Shown: positions 1 through 7,224, counted from the first letter of the stretch. The stretch: 15,370 nucleotides of DNA from Gemmatimonadota bacterium (GCA_031372565.1 JANMLN010000155.1:1-15370), one strand, 5' to 3'. Program-made: numbers and translations. The notes: a model not told the origin generated them from the letters alone.

Positions 1-37
1 GACCGGACGGGCGGCCGCGTGTTCCGGTAGCGCGCCG

Positions 38-1921
38 CTACGGGGCGAGCGTGCGCTCCACCAACGGCGTCACGCTGGCGTTCGTGAACCAGGCCAGCGA
101 GAGCGACCCGCTCTCGAGCGCGTCGCGGTCGACGCCAGTGAGACGCACCTGTCCGCTCGCGGTGGCCATCGACGGGCCGAGCAACCGCGCCACGACGCGT
201 GAGCGGGTGCCGTCCGAGCGGCGGAGGACAGCGGCATCGAGTGTGCGCGCCAGCGCGGGTGTTGCCTGCACCTCGTAGTGGAGCAGCCCCGTGAGCGGAT
301 CGAAGGTGAAGCGTGCCTTCGCGGTGGCCGCGCCTGATCCTGCGGCCATCACGAAGCGACGCGGCTGCGGCGCCCTGCCACGAACGAGCGGCGGCGTGGT
401 GGGGGGCGCCCGTCGACGCGGCGCCGCTTGCTCGAACGCGTACGCGAACCCCACCAGCGATGCATCGGCAAAGGGGCGGCCCAGCAGCTCGACCCCGGTC
501 GGGAGACCATCCGCGGTGAAGCCCGCGGGGATGCTGATGGCCGGAAGCCCCGCCTGCGACGCCAGTGCGCAGTTCCCGCCCAATTGCGGATCGCCAATCA
601 GGACCGGGCGTCGTCCGATGCTCGGATAGGCGAGCACGTCGAGGTTGAGGCTGTCCATGACGGCAACGATGCGCGAACGCAGCGCGGCTTGACGAGCGAG
701 CACGGCGCGATGCGACGCACCGTCGCGCTCAGTCACGGTGTCTTCCTCGAGATGACGCGCTTCGAGTGCCTTGTCGTACAGGCCGCGGTCAATGATCTCG
801 CGCAGCGTCCTGACTGGCGATGGTCCCGGGCGCGCGAGGTAGTCCTGCAGGTCGAACTTGGTCTCGAGGCGCGTGACCGCGCTGTTCGCGATCGTCGCGT
901 CAAAGTCGGGCATCGCCACGGGCACGACGACGGCGCCCAGCCGCTGCATCGCGGCGATCGCCGAGCGCACCGTGTCGGCGATTTCGGGCTCGACGTCGCG
1001 GAAGTACGGCACGAAGAGCCCGATGCGCTTGTCCTTGAGCGCGTTGCGATCGAGCGCGCCTTGGAACGAGGGCGGCGTGCGGCCAGCGCTCGCGCGGGTG
1101 GCAGCGTCGTTCGCGTCTGGCCCGACGGTGGCATCGAGCCCGATCGCCAGGTCCGTGACGCTGCGTGCCATCGGCCCGGGTGTGTCCTGCGTGTGCGACA
1201 GCGGGATGATGCCGTCGCGGCTGAACAAGCCCGGTGTCGGCTTCAGCCCGACCAGCGACGCGAACGCCGAGGGAAAGCGGATCGACCCGCAGGTGTCGGT
1301 GCCCCACCCGATGGTGGCGAAGCTGGCCGCGATGGCGGCGCCGGTGCCGCCACTCGAGCCGCCCGGGCAGCGCGCGGGGTCGTACGGATTGCGCGTCTGT
1401 CCGCCAAGCGGGCTCACCGTGACGATGCCGGCGGCGAGTTCCTGCAGGTTGGCCTTGGCGAGGATGATCGCACCGGCAGCACGGAGGCGCTGCACCACAA
1501 AGGCATCGGACTGCGGCTGGTGCGTCGCGAGCGCAAGCGAGCCTCCGCTGGTGGGCAGGTCACGCGTGTCGTAATTGTCCTTGAGGATGACTGGAATGCC
1601 ATGGAGCGGGCCGCGCACCGTCCCGGCGCGTCGCTCGGCATCGAGGGCGGTGGCCTCGGCCCGTGCCCGCGGGTTCACGCGAATCAGGCTATTGAGCTCG
1701 GGGCCGGCATGGTCGTACGCGGCAATCCGCGCGAGGTAGGCGTCCACCAACTGAACGGCCGTGACCTGCGTAGCACGCATGGCGCGTTGGAGGTCGGTGA
1801 TCGAGGCCTCCACCACGTTGAACTCCACGGGGGCGGGGGCACGCTGGGCGCGGAGCGATGAGCAGGCGAGCAGCGTGAGGAGCACGCCGAGGCGGACGGG
1901 GCGTAGGGCGGAGGGTCGCAT
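38..1921 (-). CDS. Exported amidase-signature family protein with C-terminal CHRD-like domain (627 aa)
   Basis: Amidase signature motifs LHGIPVILKDNYD (catalytic Lys), PGGSSGG (cis-Ser) and GTDTCGSIRFP (nucleophile Ser), plus GLPAISIPAG and GLPTGVEL. Start moved to ATG 1921 because a signal peptide (MRPSALRPVRLGVLLTLLACSSLRAQ) follows. The last ~100 aa resemble a CHRD domain. Confidence 0.92.
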   Translation of the reverse strand: MRPSALRPVRLGVLLTLLACSSLRAQRAPAPVEFNVVEASITDLQRAMRATQVTAVQLVDAYLARIAAYDHAGPELNSLIRVNPRARAEATALDAERRAGTVRGPLHGIPVILKDNYDTRDLPTSGGSLALATHQPQSDAFVVQRLRAAGAIILAKANLQELAAGIVTVSPLGGQTRNPYDPARCPGGSSGGTGAAIAASFATIGWGTDTCGSIRFPSAFASLVGLKPTPGLFSRDGIIPLSHTQDTPGPMARSVTDLAIGLDATVGPDANDAATRASAGRTPPSFQGALDRNALKDKRIGLFVPYFRDVEPEIADTVRSAIAAMQRLGAVVVPVAMPDFDATIANSAVTRLETKFDLQDYLARPGPSPVRTLREIIDRGLYDKALEARHLEEDTVTERDGASHRAVLARQAALRSRIVAVMDSLNLDVLAYPSIGRRPVLIGDPQLGGNCALASQAGLPAISIPAGFTADGLPTGVELLGRPFADASLVGFAYAFEQAAPRRRAPPTTPPLVRGRAPQPRRFVMAAGSGAATAKARFTFDPLTGLLHYEVQATPALARTLDAAVLRRSDGTRSRVVARLLGPSMATASGQVRLTGVDRDALESGSLSLAWFTNASVTPLVERTLAP

Positions 1922-2076
1922 GCGGCGGAGTATCCGACGCGGGCTCGCGCGGCGCAACACCGCCACGGCGTGCGGCGCGCAGCTCTGCGCGAGACACCTC
2001 CGGATGGGGAGCAACGCTCGCGCCGCGCCATTCCCGTCGTTTGCTTTCCTGCAGGTCCCTTCAACCTCCGTGTGCC

Positions 2077-2571
2077 ATGTCCGTCGTCGAAACGCTCGTG
2101 TCGCTCTGCGCGCCGTACGCGAAGGTGTACAACCACTCCAAGGTGCTGTCGATCGGGACCACGTACGTGCATCTGGCCTCGATGCTTGGCGCAGGCGGTC
2201 TCGCGATCGGGGCCGACCGCACGACGGTCCAACTCGCGTCCGATCCGGCGGAGGTCGCGCGCCATGTGACGGCGCAACGCGGGTTGCACCGTTGGGTCAT
2301 TGCGGGGCTGGCCTGCAGCGCCGTGAGTGGCGTGATGCTGTTCGCCAGTGACGTGGAGACGTTCGCGACCAGTCTGCTCTACTGGTGCAAGCTGGGGAGC
2401 GTCGGGTTGCTGCTCGGGAATGGCCTTCTGATGCAGCGGGCAGAGCGCGCGCTCACGGCGGATGCTGCCGACCAGAAGGCGCTGGGCCGGTTTCGGGTCA
2501 ACGCCTGGCTGAGCCTGATCCTCTGGTTCCTGGTCGCGCTGCTCGGCGTCCTTGTGAAGACCGAGGCCTGA
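2077..2571 (+). CDS. Uncharacterised 4-TM membrane protein (DUF6644/DUF2214/CopD-like, 164 aa)
   Basis: Four hydrophobic segments with the pattern VHLASML..GG...D, SGVMLF, YWCKL...LL.NG and WLSLILW. ATG 2077 preferred to TTG 2041. Family assignment is by recalled pattern only. Confidence 0.75.
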   Translation: MSVVETLVSLCAPYAKVYNHSKVLSIGTTYVHLASMLGAGGLAIGADRTTVQLASDPAEVARHVTAQRGLHRWVIAGLACSAVSGVMLFASDVETFATSLLYWCKLGSVGLLLGNGLLMQRAERALTADAADQKALGRFRVNAWLSLILWFLVALLGVLVKTEA

Positions 2572-2629
2572 CGGCTCGCGCGCGCTGACCGCGTAGGGCA
2601 AGTGCCCCTGATGGAAACACGCGACAGCG

Positions 2630-2651
2630 GCTGTGGGGGATGTGCCACAGC
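2630..2651. promoter_or_regulatory. Candidate enhancer (bEBP upstream activating sequence)
   Basis: Inverted repeat GCTGTGG-N8-CCACAGC with a TGT-N12-ACA core, about 70 bp upstream of the -24 element at 2719. Confidence 0.55.
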
Positions 2652-2718
2652 GAGACCGATCCGGTTCGCGGAAGTGGTCACGGCGGGGCCGTAGGGCACG
2701 ATCGGCTCGCCTGCTGGC

Positions 2719-2734
2719 TGGTACGAGAATTGCA
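2719..2734 (+). promoter_or_regulatory. Sigma-54 (RpoN) -24/-12 promoter of the PEP-CTERM gene
   Basis: TGGTACG-AGAA-TTGCA versus consensus TGGCACG-N4-TTGCW: one mismatch and exact GG-N10-GC spacing. Intergenic and correctly oriented, about 100 bp before ATG 2838. Confidence 0.8.
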
Positions 2735-2837
2735 CCGAGGGTGACTGTACGTACACAGCTCCGAGGTTTGTTACATCGGAGCCGAGATCGTGCCGGGCAG
2801 GTCTCCGGTCACCCAGCGTCCCAAGAGAGTGAGTTCC

Positions 2838-3518
2838 ATGCGACTTCGACTACTTGCCTTGGCTGTTCCTTCGTTCCTTCTGGCTGTGCCCGCCGTTGCC
2901 CAGATCGCGCCCGCGGGCACGTTCGGCTCTCTGCCCGGCGCCACCTTTGGCGGAACGGGCATCCCGAACAATGCCGTCATGATTGGCGGTACGGGTGGCG
3001 TGACGCTGGGCCTGACGGCCACAGCCCGCTGCGCGATGAGTGTCTGCGGCCCGACCGTGGGCAACAACGCTGCAGGTACCTACTACGCGCAGACCGGCAC
3101 GCTCACGGGGAGCCCGGCGAATTGGGCGTCCTGGAACTGGAATTTCTACATCGGTGGCGCGACCGCAGGGAACTACAACTACAAGCTCCTCTACGACTTT
3201 GACCCCGCGATCGGGACGACCATGGTGTCGCTCGGCTCGCTCGTCGGCAATGCGGCCGGTCAGAACTCGTGGAACCTCGGCATGGGTTTCCTCGCCACCT
3301 CTGGCGGCCCGATCACCGCGCCGACCTTCAGCCCGTTCAATCCGAATGTGGGCGGTGAGTACACCTTCGCGCTGCTGCAGTTCGACCAGACCGGTAGCGA
3401 GGTGAGCCGCGTGGCCATGAACGTGGACGTCGCGGCGGTTCCGGAGCCGTCGACCTGGTTGCTGATGGCGAGCGGCCTGGCAGGCGTCGGGATGTTCGCG
3501 CGCCGTCGCCGCGCCTGA
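2838..3518 (+). CDS. PEP-CTERM sorting domain-containing surface protein (226 aa)
   Basis: Signal peptide MRLRLLALAVPSFLLAVPAVA-Q, a Gly/Thr/Asn-rich mature region, and C-terminal VPEPSTWLLMASGLAGVGMFARRRRA (VPEP + TM helix + Arg cluster). Purine-rich AAGAGAG upstream of the ATG. Confidence 0.95.
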   Translation: MRLRLLALAVPSFLLAVPAVAQIAPAGTFGSLPGATFGGTGIPNNAVMIGGTGGVTLGLTATARCAMSVCGPTVGNNAAGTYYAQTGTLTGSPANWASWNWNFYIGGATAGNYNYKLLYDFDPAIGTTMVSLGSLVGNAAGQNSWNLGMGFLATSGGPITAPTFSPFNPNVGGEYTFALLQFDQTGSEVSRVAMNVDVAAVPEPSTWLLMASGLAGVGMFARRRRA

Positions 3519-3528
3519 TGCCATCGTT

Positions 3529-3552
3529 GCCGCGCGGGAAGGTCCGCGCGGC
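3529..3552. terminator. GC-rich hairpin between convergent genes (possible bidirectional terminator)
   Basis: GCCGCGCGG-gaaggt-CCGCGCGGC, a perfect 9-bp stem in the 39-bp gap between convergent stops 3518 and 3558. No long U tract. Confidence 0.5.
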
Positions 3553-3557
3553 GTTCG

Positions 3558-3899
3558 CTAGTCGAGTGATTGCGCGCGCCCGCGAGCCGGTTTGGCTCGC
3601 GGGCGCGTTGCCTTGCTGCCGGTAGACGAGGCGAGTGGCGGTCGCCGTTCCGGGGTGAAGTGCCACCAGTCGAGCGCCTCGCCCGTGCGGGCCTGATGGA
3701 TCGTCGCGGCAAAGACGTCGCGCACGCACGGGTCCTGGCGCGTGCGCGTCAGGCGCGCGAGTTCGTGATAGAGCACGTCGGGGTCGGCCGCCGCCAACTG
3801 CGCGAGCGTCGCGATGCCCAGCTGGCGGAAGTCACCGAGGGTGGCCGGGCCGACGTTCCGGAGGTCGGAGAGGGCGACGGCGGGGTCGCGTTTCTTCAT
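3558..3899 (-). CDS. Cdd1 (pathogenicity locus)/McrB-like helix-hairpin-helix protein (113 aa)
   Basis: LSDLRNVGPATLGDFRQLGI (HhH), DPDVLYHEL, QDPCVRDVFAATI and WW motifs typical of the Cdd1/mitomycin-resistance McrB family. Start set at ATG 3899; the longer ORF from 4346 overlaps the regulator. Confidence 0.85.
   Translation of the reverse strand: MKKRDPAVALSDLRNVGPATLGDFRQLGIATLAQLAAADPDVLYHELARLTRTRQDPCVRDVFAATIHQARTGEALDWWHFTPERRPPLASSTGSKATRPRAKPARGRAQSLD
3575..3607. repeat. Perfect 14-bp inverted repeat
   Basis: CGCGCCCGCGAGCC-ggttt-GGCTCGCGGGCGCG, inside the C-terminal tail of the Cdd1-like ORF. Confidence 0.85.
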
Positions 3900-4057
3900 G
3901 GGTGGGTCTCTGAAGCAGGGACAGAACCTTCGTCGCGCGGCGGCATCCTCCGGCTCGCCACTCCCAACGTGGTGCAGAACACCGCGACCTCGCCAGTGCC
4001 CTCGACGCGCATCGCGTGTGCGCGTGCCCGGAGCGTCCGACGGGTCCGCCCCACGAA

Positions 4058-5071
4058 CTATCCGGTGATCGCTCCGACCAACCGCCGCCCCCTCGCATTC
4101 AACTCGTAGTACACGCTTCGCCCCACCCGCGTGCGCGTCACGACGCCGGCCTGATCGAGCGCCGTCAACTGCTCCGAGACCGCTGGCGTCGATCGCTGCA
4201 TGGCATCGGCGAGTTCGAGCGTCGTGCGCGGGCGGACCAGGGCGCGCAACACCTGCGCGCGCGCCACCCCCACCAAGAGCGCCAGCGCATCGTCGCCCTG
4301 AGCGCCGGCACGAGCTTGCTTCGTCGCGGGCCGACTCGCGGCCCACAGATCATCGAGTCCTCGCACCGGGTACGCCACACTCGGTCGCCACGGCGGATGG
4401 GCGGTGGCAAACACGTCGGGCCAGGCAAACACCGACGGAATCAGCACGAGCCCCGCGCCGCGCGCGTGCCGCACGTAGCGCTCAACCGCACGAATGCCGA
4501 GGCGTCCACCGCTCCGTGTGGCGCGCCACTGCACGCCGGGATGCAAGCCGTCGAAGAGCGCGTCGGCGCCACCCAAGGCCAGCGCCCGCGAGCGCACGAG
4601 GATCTCGCCGTCGAGACGAGCGCGAATGCGCGGCCACGCTGGCCGCACGCAACGCTGCCAGAAGAGCGCGAGCTGGTCGGCCAGTTGCTCGGCGAGCGCT
4701 CGTGGGTCACCCGCGACCTGCGCCAGCACGTGCGGCAGTCCGCGCGGGTGTGCTGCGCTCAGCTCTCGGCGAACGATCGCCGAGGGGGTGCGCCGGACCG
4801 CGGCGACTTCGTCCGCGAACCGGGCAAGCGGCGTGGTGGGGGTGGGGGAGAGAAAGTCGGGGAAGAAGCCGTCGGTGCCGTGCAGCGCGGCGTCGAGCAC
4901 GCGCCAATCGACCCCGCGGGCGGCGCGGTGGACCGAGGCCATCCACGGCAGATGGAGGGCGTGCCGTGACGGGTCGCGCCACGCCCGGAAGGCGGCCACG
5001 CACTCCCACAGCGGGCTGAAGGCAAAGCGCACATGCCCCAGGTCGCGCGCGCCCAGCACGAGGGTGATCAT
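4058..5071 (-). CDS. ArsR/SmtB-type regulator with N-terminal DUF5937-like domain and C-terminal winged HTH (337 aa)
   Basis: Motifs VRFAFSPLWE, PDFLSPTP, GLVLIPSVFAWP and YPVRG, plus C-terminal wHTH RAQVLRAL..PRTTLELADAMQRSTPAVSEQLTALDQAGVVTRTRVGRSVYYELNARG. Confidence 0.9.
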   Translation of the reverse strand: MITLVLGARDLGHVRFAFSPLWECVAAFRAWRDPSRHALHLPWMASVHRAARGVDWRVLDAALHGTDGFFPDFLSPTPTTPLARFADEVAAVRRTPSAIVRRELSAAHPRGLPHVLAQVAGDPRALAEQLADQLALFWQRCVRPAWPRIRARLDGEILVRSRALALGGADALFDGLHPGVQWRATRSGGRLGIRAVERYVRHARGAGLVLIPSVFAWPDVFATAHPPWRPSVAYPVRGLDDLWAASRPATKQARAGAQGDDALALLVGVARAQVLRALVRPRTTLELADAMQRSTPAVSEQLTALDQAGVVTRTRVGRSVYYELNARGRRLVGAITG

Positions 5072-5093
5072 GATTCGGAATATGCCGAATCAT
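5070..5093. promoter_or_regulatory. Candidate operator palindrome for the ArsR/DUF5937 regulator
   Basis: ATGATTCGG-AATATG-CCGAATCAT: perfect 9-bp arms and 11 of 12 symmetric pairs. AT-rich in a GC-rich background. Overlaps the regulator start codon in the 58-bp divergent gap. Confidence 0.8.
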
Positions 5094-5129
5094 TGGCGCC
5101 ACGCCAGCGTCCGGGCGCACACTCGTGTC

Positions 5130-7211
5130 ATGTCTGACTACGCTCTCCTCTTCGAGCCCGTCCGCATCGGGCCCGTGACCGCGCCCAACCGGTTCTACCA
5201 GGTGCCGCACTGCAACGGCATGGGATACCGCATGCCCGAGGCGCTGGCCGCCATGCGCGGCATCAAGGCGGAGGGCGGCTGGGGGGTGGTCTGCACGGAG
5301 GAAGTGGAGATCCACGAGAGTTCGGACCTGGCGCCGTACCTCGAAGGGCGGCTGTGGGCCGATGCCGACATGCCGGCGCTCTCGCGCATGGTCGAGGCGG
5401 TGCACGCGCACGGCGCCCTCGCGGCCATCGAGCTGGTGCACTCCGGGGTCAACTCTCCCAACCTGTACTCGCGCGCCGTTCCGCTGGGCGCGCGCACCAT
5501 GTCGGTGACCGGCGGGACGGGCTACGAACCGGTGCAAGCGCGTGCGATGACCAAGGCCGACATCCGCGACGTGCGGCGCTGGCATCGGGCGGCGGCCATC
5601 CGATCGCGCGATGCGGGCTTCGACCTCGTGTACTGCTACGCGGGGCACCAGCTCGCGCTCCCGATGCAGTTCATGTCGCGGCGGCACAATGATCGAACGG
5701 ACGAGTACGGCGGTTCGCTCGAGAACCGCGTGCGCCTCTTTCGTGAGTTGATCGAGGACGCCAAGGACGCCGTCGGCGATCGCTGTGGCATCGTCGTGCG
5801 CCTCGCGGTGGACGAACTGCTGGGCGACGAGGGGATCAGCGCCACTGGCGAGGGACGCGACATCGTGGCGATGCTCGCCGAATTACCCGACCTCTGGGAC
5901 GTGAACGTGAGCGGGTGGAGCAACGACTCCGCGACCTCACGGTTCGAGAAGGAGGGCTATCAGGAGGCCTACACGAGCTTCGTGAAGCAGCTCACGACGA
6001 AGCCGGTGGTGGGGGTGGGTCGCTACACGAGTCCCGACGCGATGGTGAGCGCGATTCGCCGCGGCATTCTCGACATGATCGGATCGGCGAGGCCGAGCAT
6101 CGCCGATCCGTTCCTGCCCAACAAGATCAAGGCGGGCCGACTCGACGAGATTCGCGAGTGCATCGGCTGCAACATCTGCGTCTCGGCCGACAGCAAGCTC
6201 GTGCCGATCCGCTGTACGCAGAATCCGACCATGGGTGAGGAGTGGCGGCGGGGTTGGCATCCCGAGCGCGTGGCCAGGGCCGCCAAGCCGGATGCCGTCC
6301 TGATCGTCGGTGCGGGCCCGGCGGGTCTCGAGTGCGCGCGCGTGCTGGGCGAACAGGGGCACCTGGTGACGCTCGCGGAGGCGCGCGGGGAGGTGGGCGG
6401 TCGCGTACTGCGCGAGGCTGCGCTCCCGGGGCTGGCCGAATGGCGTCGCGTGGTGGATTGGCGCGTGGGGCAGCTCAAGCGGCTCGCCAACGTGCAGCTG
6501 CTGCCGGAGAACACGGTGAGCGCCGCCGACGTGCTCGACTTCGATGCGCGTCACGTGATCGTGGCCACGGGCGCTCGCTGGCGGCGCGATGGCGTCGGTC
6601 GCGGTCGGTGGCGCCCGATGCCGGGTCACGAGCTCGCCGGGGTGCACTCGCCCGACGACATCATGGATGGCCTGACGATGGGCGGTCGCGTGCTCGTCTA
6701 CGACAACGACCACTTCTACATCGGCGGCGTGATCGCCGAGCGCTTGGCGCGGCTCACGTGCGAGGTGACGCTGGTGACGCCGGCACCGCTTGTCTCGATC
6801 TGGACGCAGTACACGCTGGAGCAGGAGCGGATTCAGCGGCGTCTGCTCGATCTCGGCGTGACGTTGCTGACACAGGCGGAGCTCGTGGGCATCTCGAGCG
6901 ACGCGGTGCAGCTGCGCGACCACGCGCGCAACCGCGACCTGGTGATGGCCCGCGACCACGTGGTGCTCGTGACCGACCGGCTGCCGAACGATGCGCTCGC
7001 GCAGGCGTTGGCCCCGGCGCTCGCGGATGGGCGGTTGGCCACGCTGCGTGCGATCGGTGACGCCGATGGCCCGGGGATCATCGCGCAAGCGGTCTTCGCG
7101 GGATATCTGGCCGCGTGCGAGCTGCGCGATGCGCTCGCAGGTGCGGGCGCCGCCACCTCGACGCGTGACGAGACCAGCTTCCGGATCGAACGGACGGCGA
7201 TCGTGCCGTAG
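5130..7211 (+). CDS. Histamine/trimethylamine dehydrogenase-family iron-sulfur flavoprotein (693 aa)
   Basis: NRFYQVPHCNGMG (Cys28, the covalent 6-S-cysteinyl-FMN position in this family), YCYAGH, RTDEYGGSLENR, the 4Fe-4S motif CIGCNIC-x11-C and the dinucleotide-binding motif VGAGPAG. Start set at ATG 5130; the upstream part of the 905-aa ORF is antisense to the regulator. Confidence 0.93.
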   Translation: MSDYALLFEPVRIGPVTAPNRFYQVPHCNGMGYRMPEALAAMRGIKAEGGWGVVCTEEVEIHESSDLAPYLEGRLWADADMPALSRMVEAVHAHGALAAIELVHSGVNSPNLYSRAVPLGARTMSVTGGTGYEPVQARAMTKADIRDVRRWHRAAAIRSRDAGFDLVYCYAGHQLALPMQFMSRRHNDRTDEYGGSLENRVRLFRELIEDAKDAVGDRCGIVVRLAVDELLGDEGISATGEGRDIVAMLAELPDLWDVNVSGWSNDSATSRFEKEGYQEAYTSFVKQLTTKPVVGVGRYTSPDAMVSAIRRGILDMIGSARPSIADPFLPNKIKAGRLDEIRECIGCNICVSADSKLVPIRCTQNPTMGEEWRRGWHPERVARAAKPDAVLIVGAGPAGLECARVLGEQGHLVTLAEARGEVGGRVLREAALPGLAEWRRVVDWRVGQLKRLANVQLLPENTVSAADVLDFDARHVIVATGARWRRDGVGRGRWRPMPGHELAGVHSPDDIMDGLTMGGRVLVYDNDHFYIGGVIAERLARLTCEVTLVTPAPLVSIWTQYTLEQERIQRRLLDLGVTLLTQAELVGISSDAVQLRDHARNRDLVMARDHVVLVTDRLPNDALAQALAPALADGRLATLRAIGDADGPGIIAQAVFAGYLAACELRDALAGAGAATSTRDETSFRIERTAIVP

Positions 7212-7224
7212 TCGCGGGCTTGCC

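Noticed and set aside
1..30. Possible 3' end of a plus-strand gene (DRTGGRVFR*) converging on the amidase
   Set aside because: Only nine codons are visible, so it cannot be supported.
428..1861. 477-aa plus-strand ORF opposite the amidase
   Set aside because: Antisense shadow typical of high-GC codon bias. Arg-rich with no motifs.
1922..2014. N-terminal extension of the amidase ORF to a TTG start
   Set aside because: It would bury the signal peptide. ATG 1921 fits better.
2596..2607. GGGCA-AG-TGCCC mini inverted repeat after the membrane-protein gene
   Set aside because: Too short, with a 2-nt loop and no U tract. Expected by chance.
3900..4346. Longer 262-aa version of the Cdd1-like ORF, and a possible SOS box or riboswitch in 3900-4057
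   Set aside because: The extension overlaps the regulator in another frame and looks non-coding. No recognisable LexA box or riboswitch consensus.
4494..5129. Apparent 212-aa N-terminal extension of the dehydrogenase (905-aa ORF)
   Set aside because: Antisense to the regulator gene. Family similarity begins at ATG 5130.
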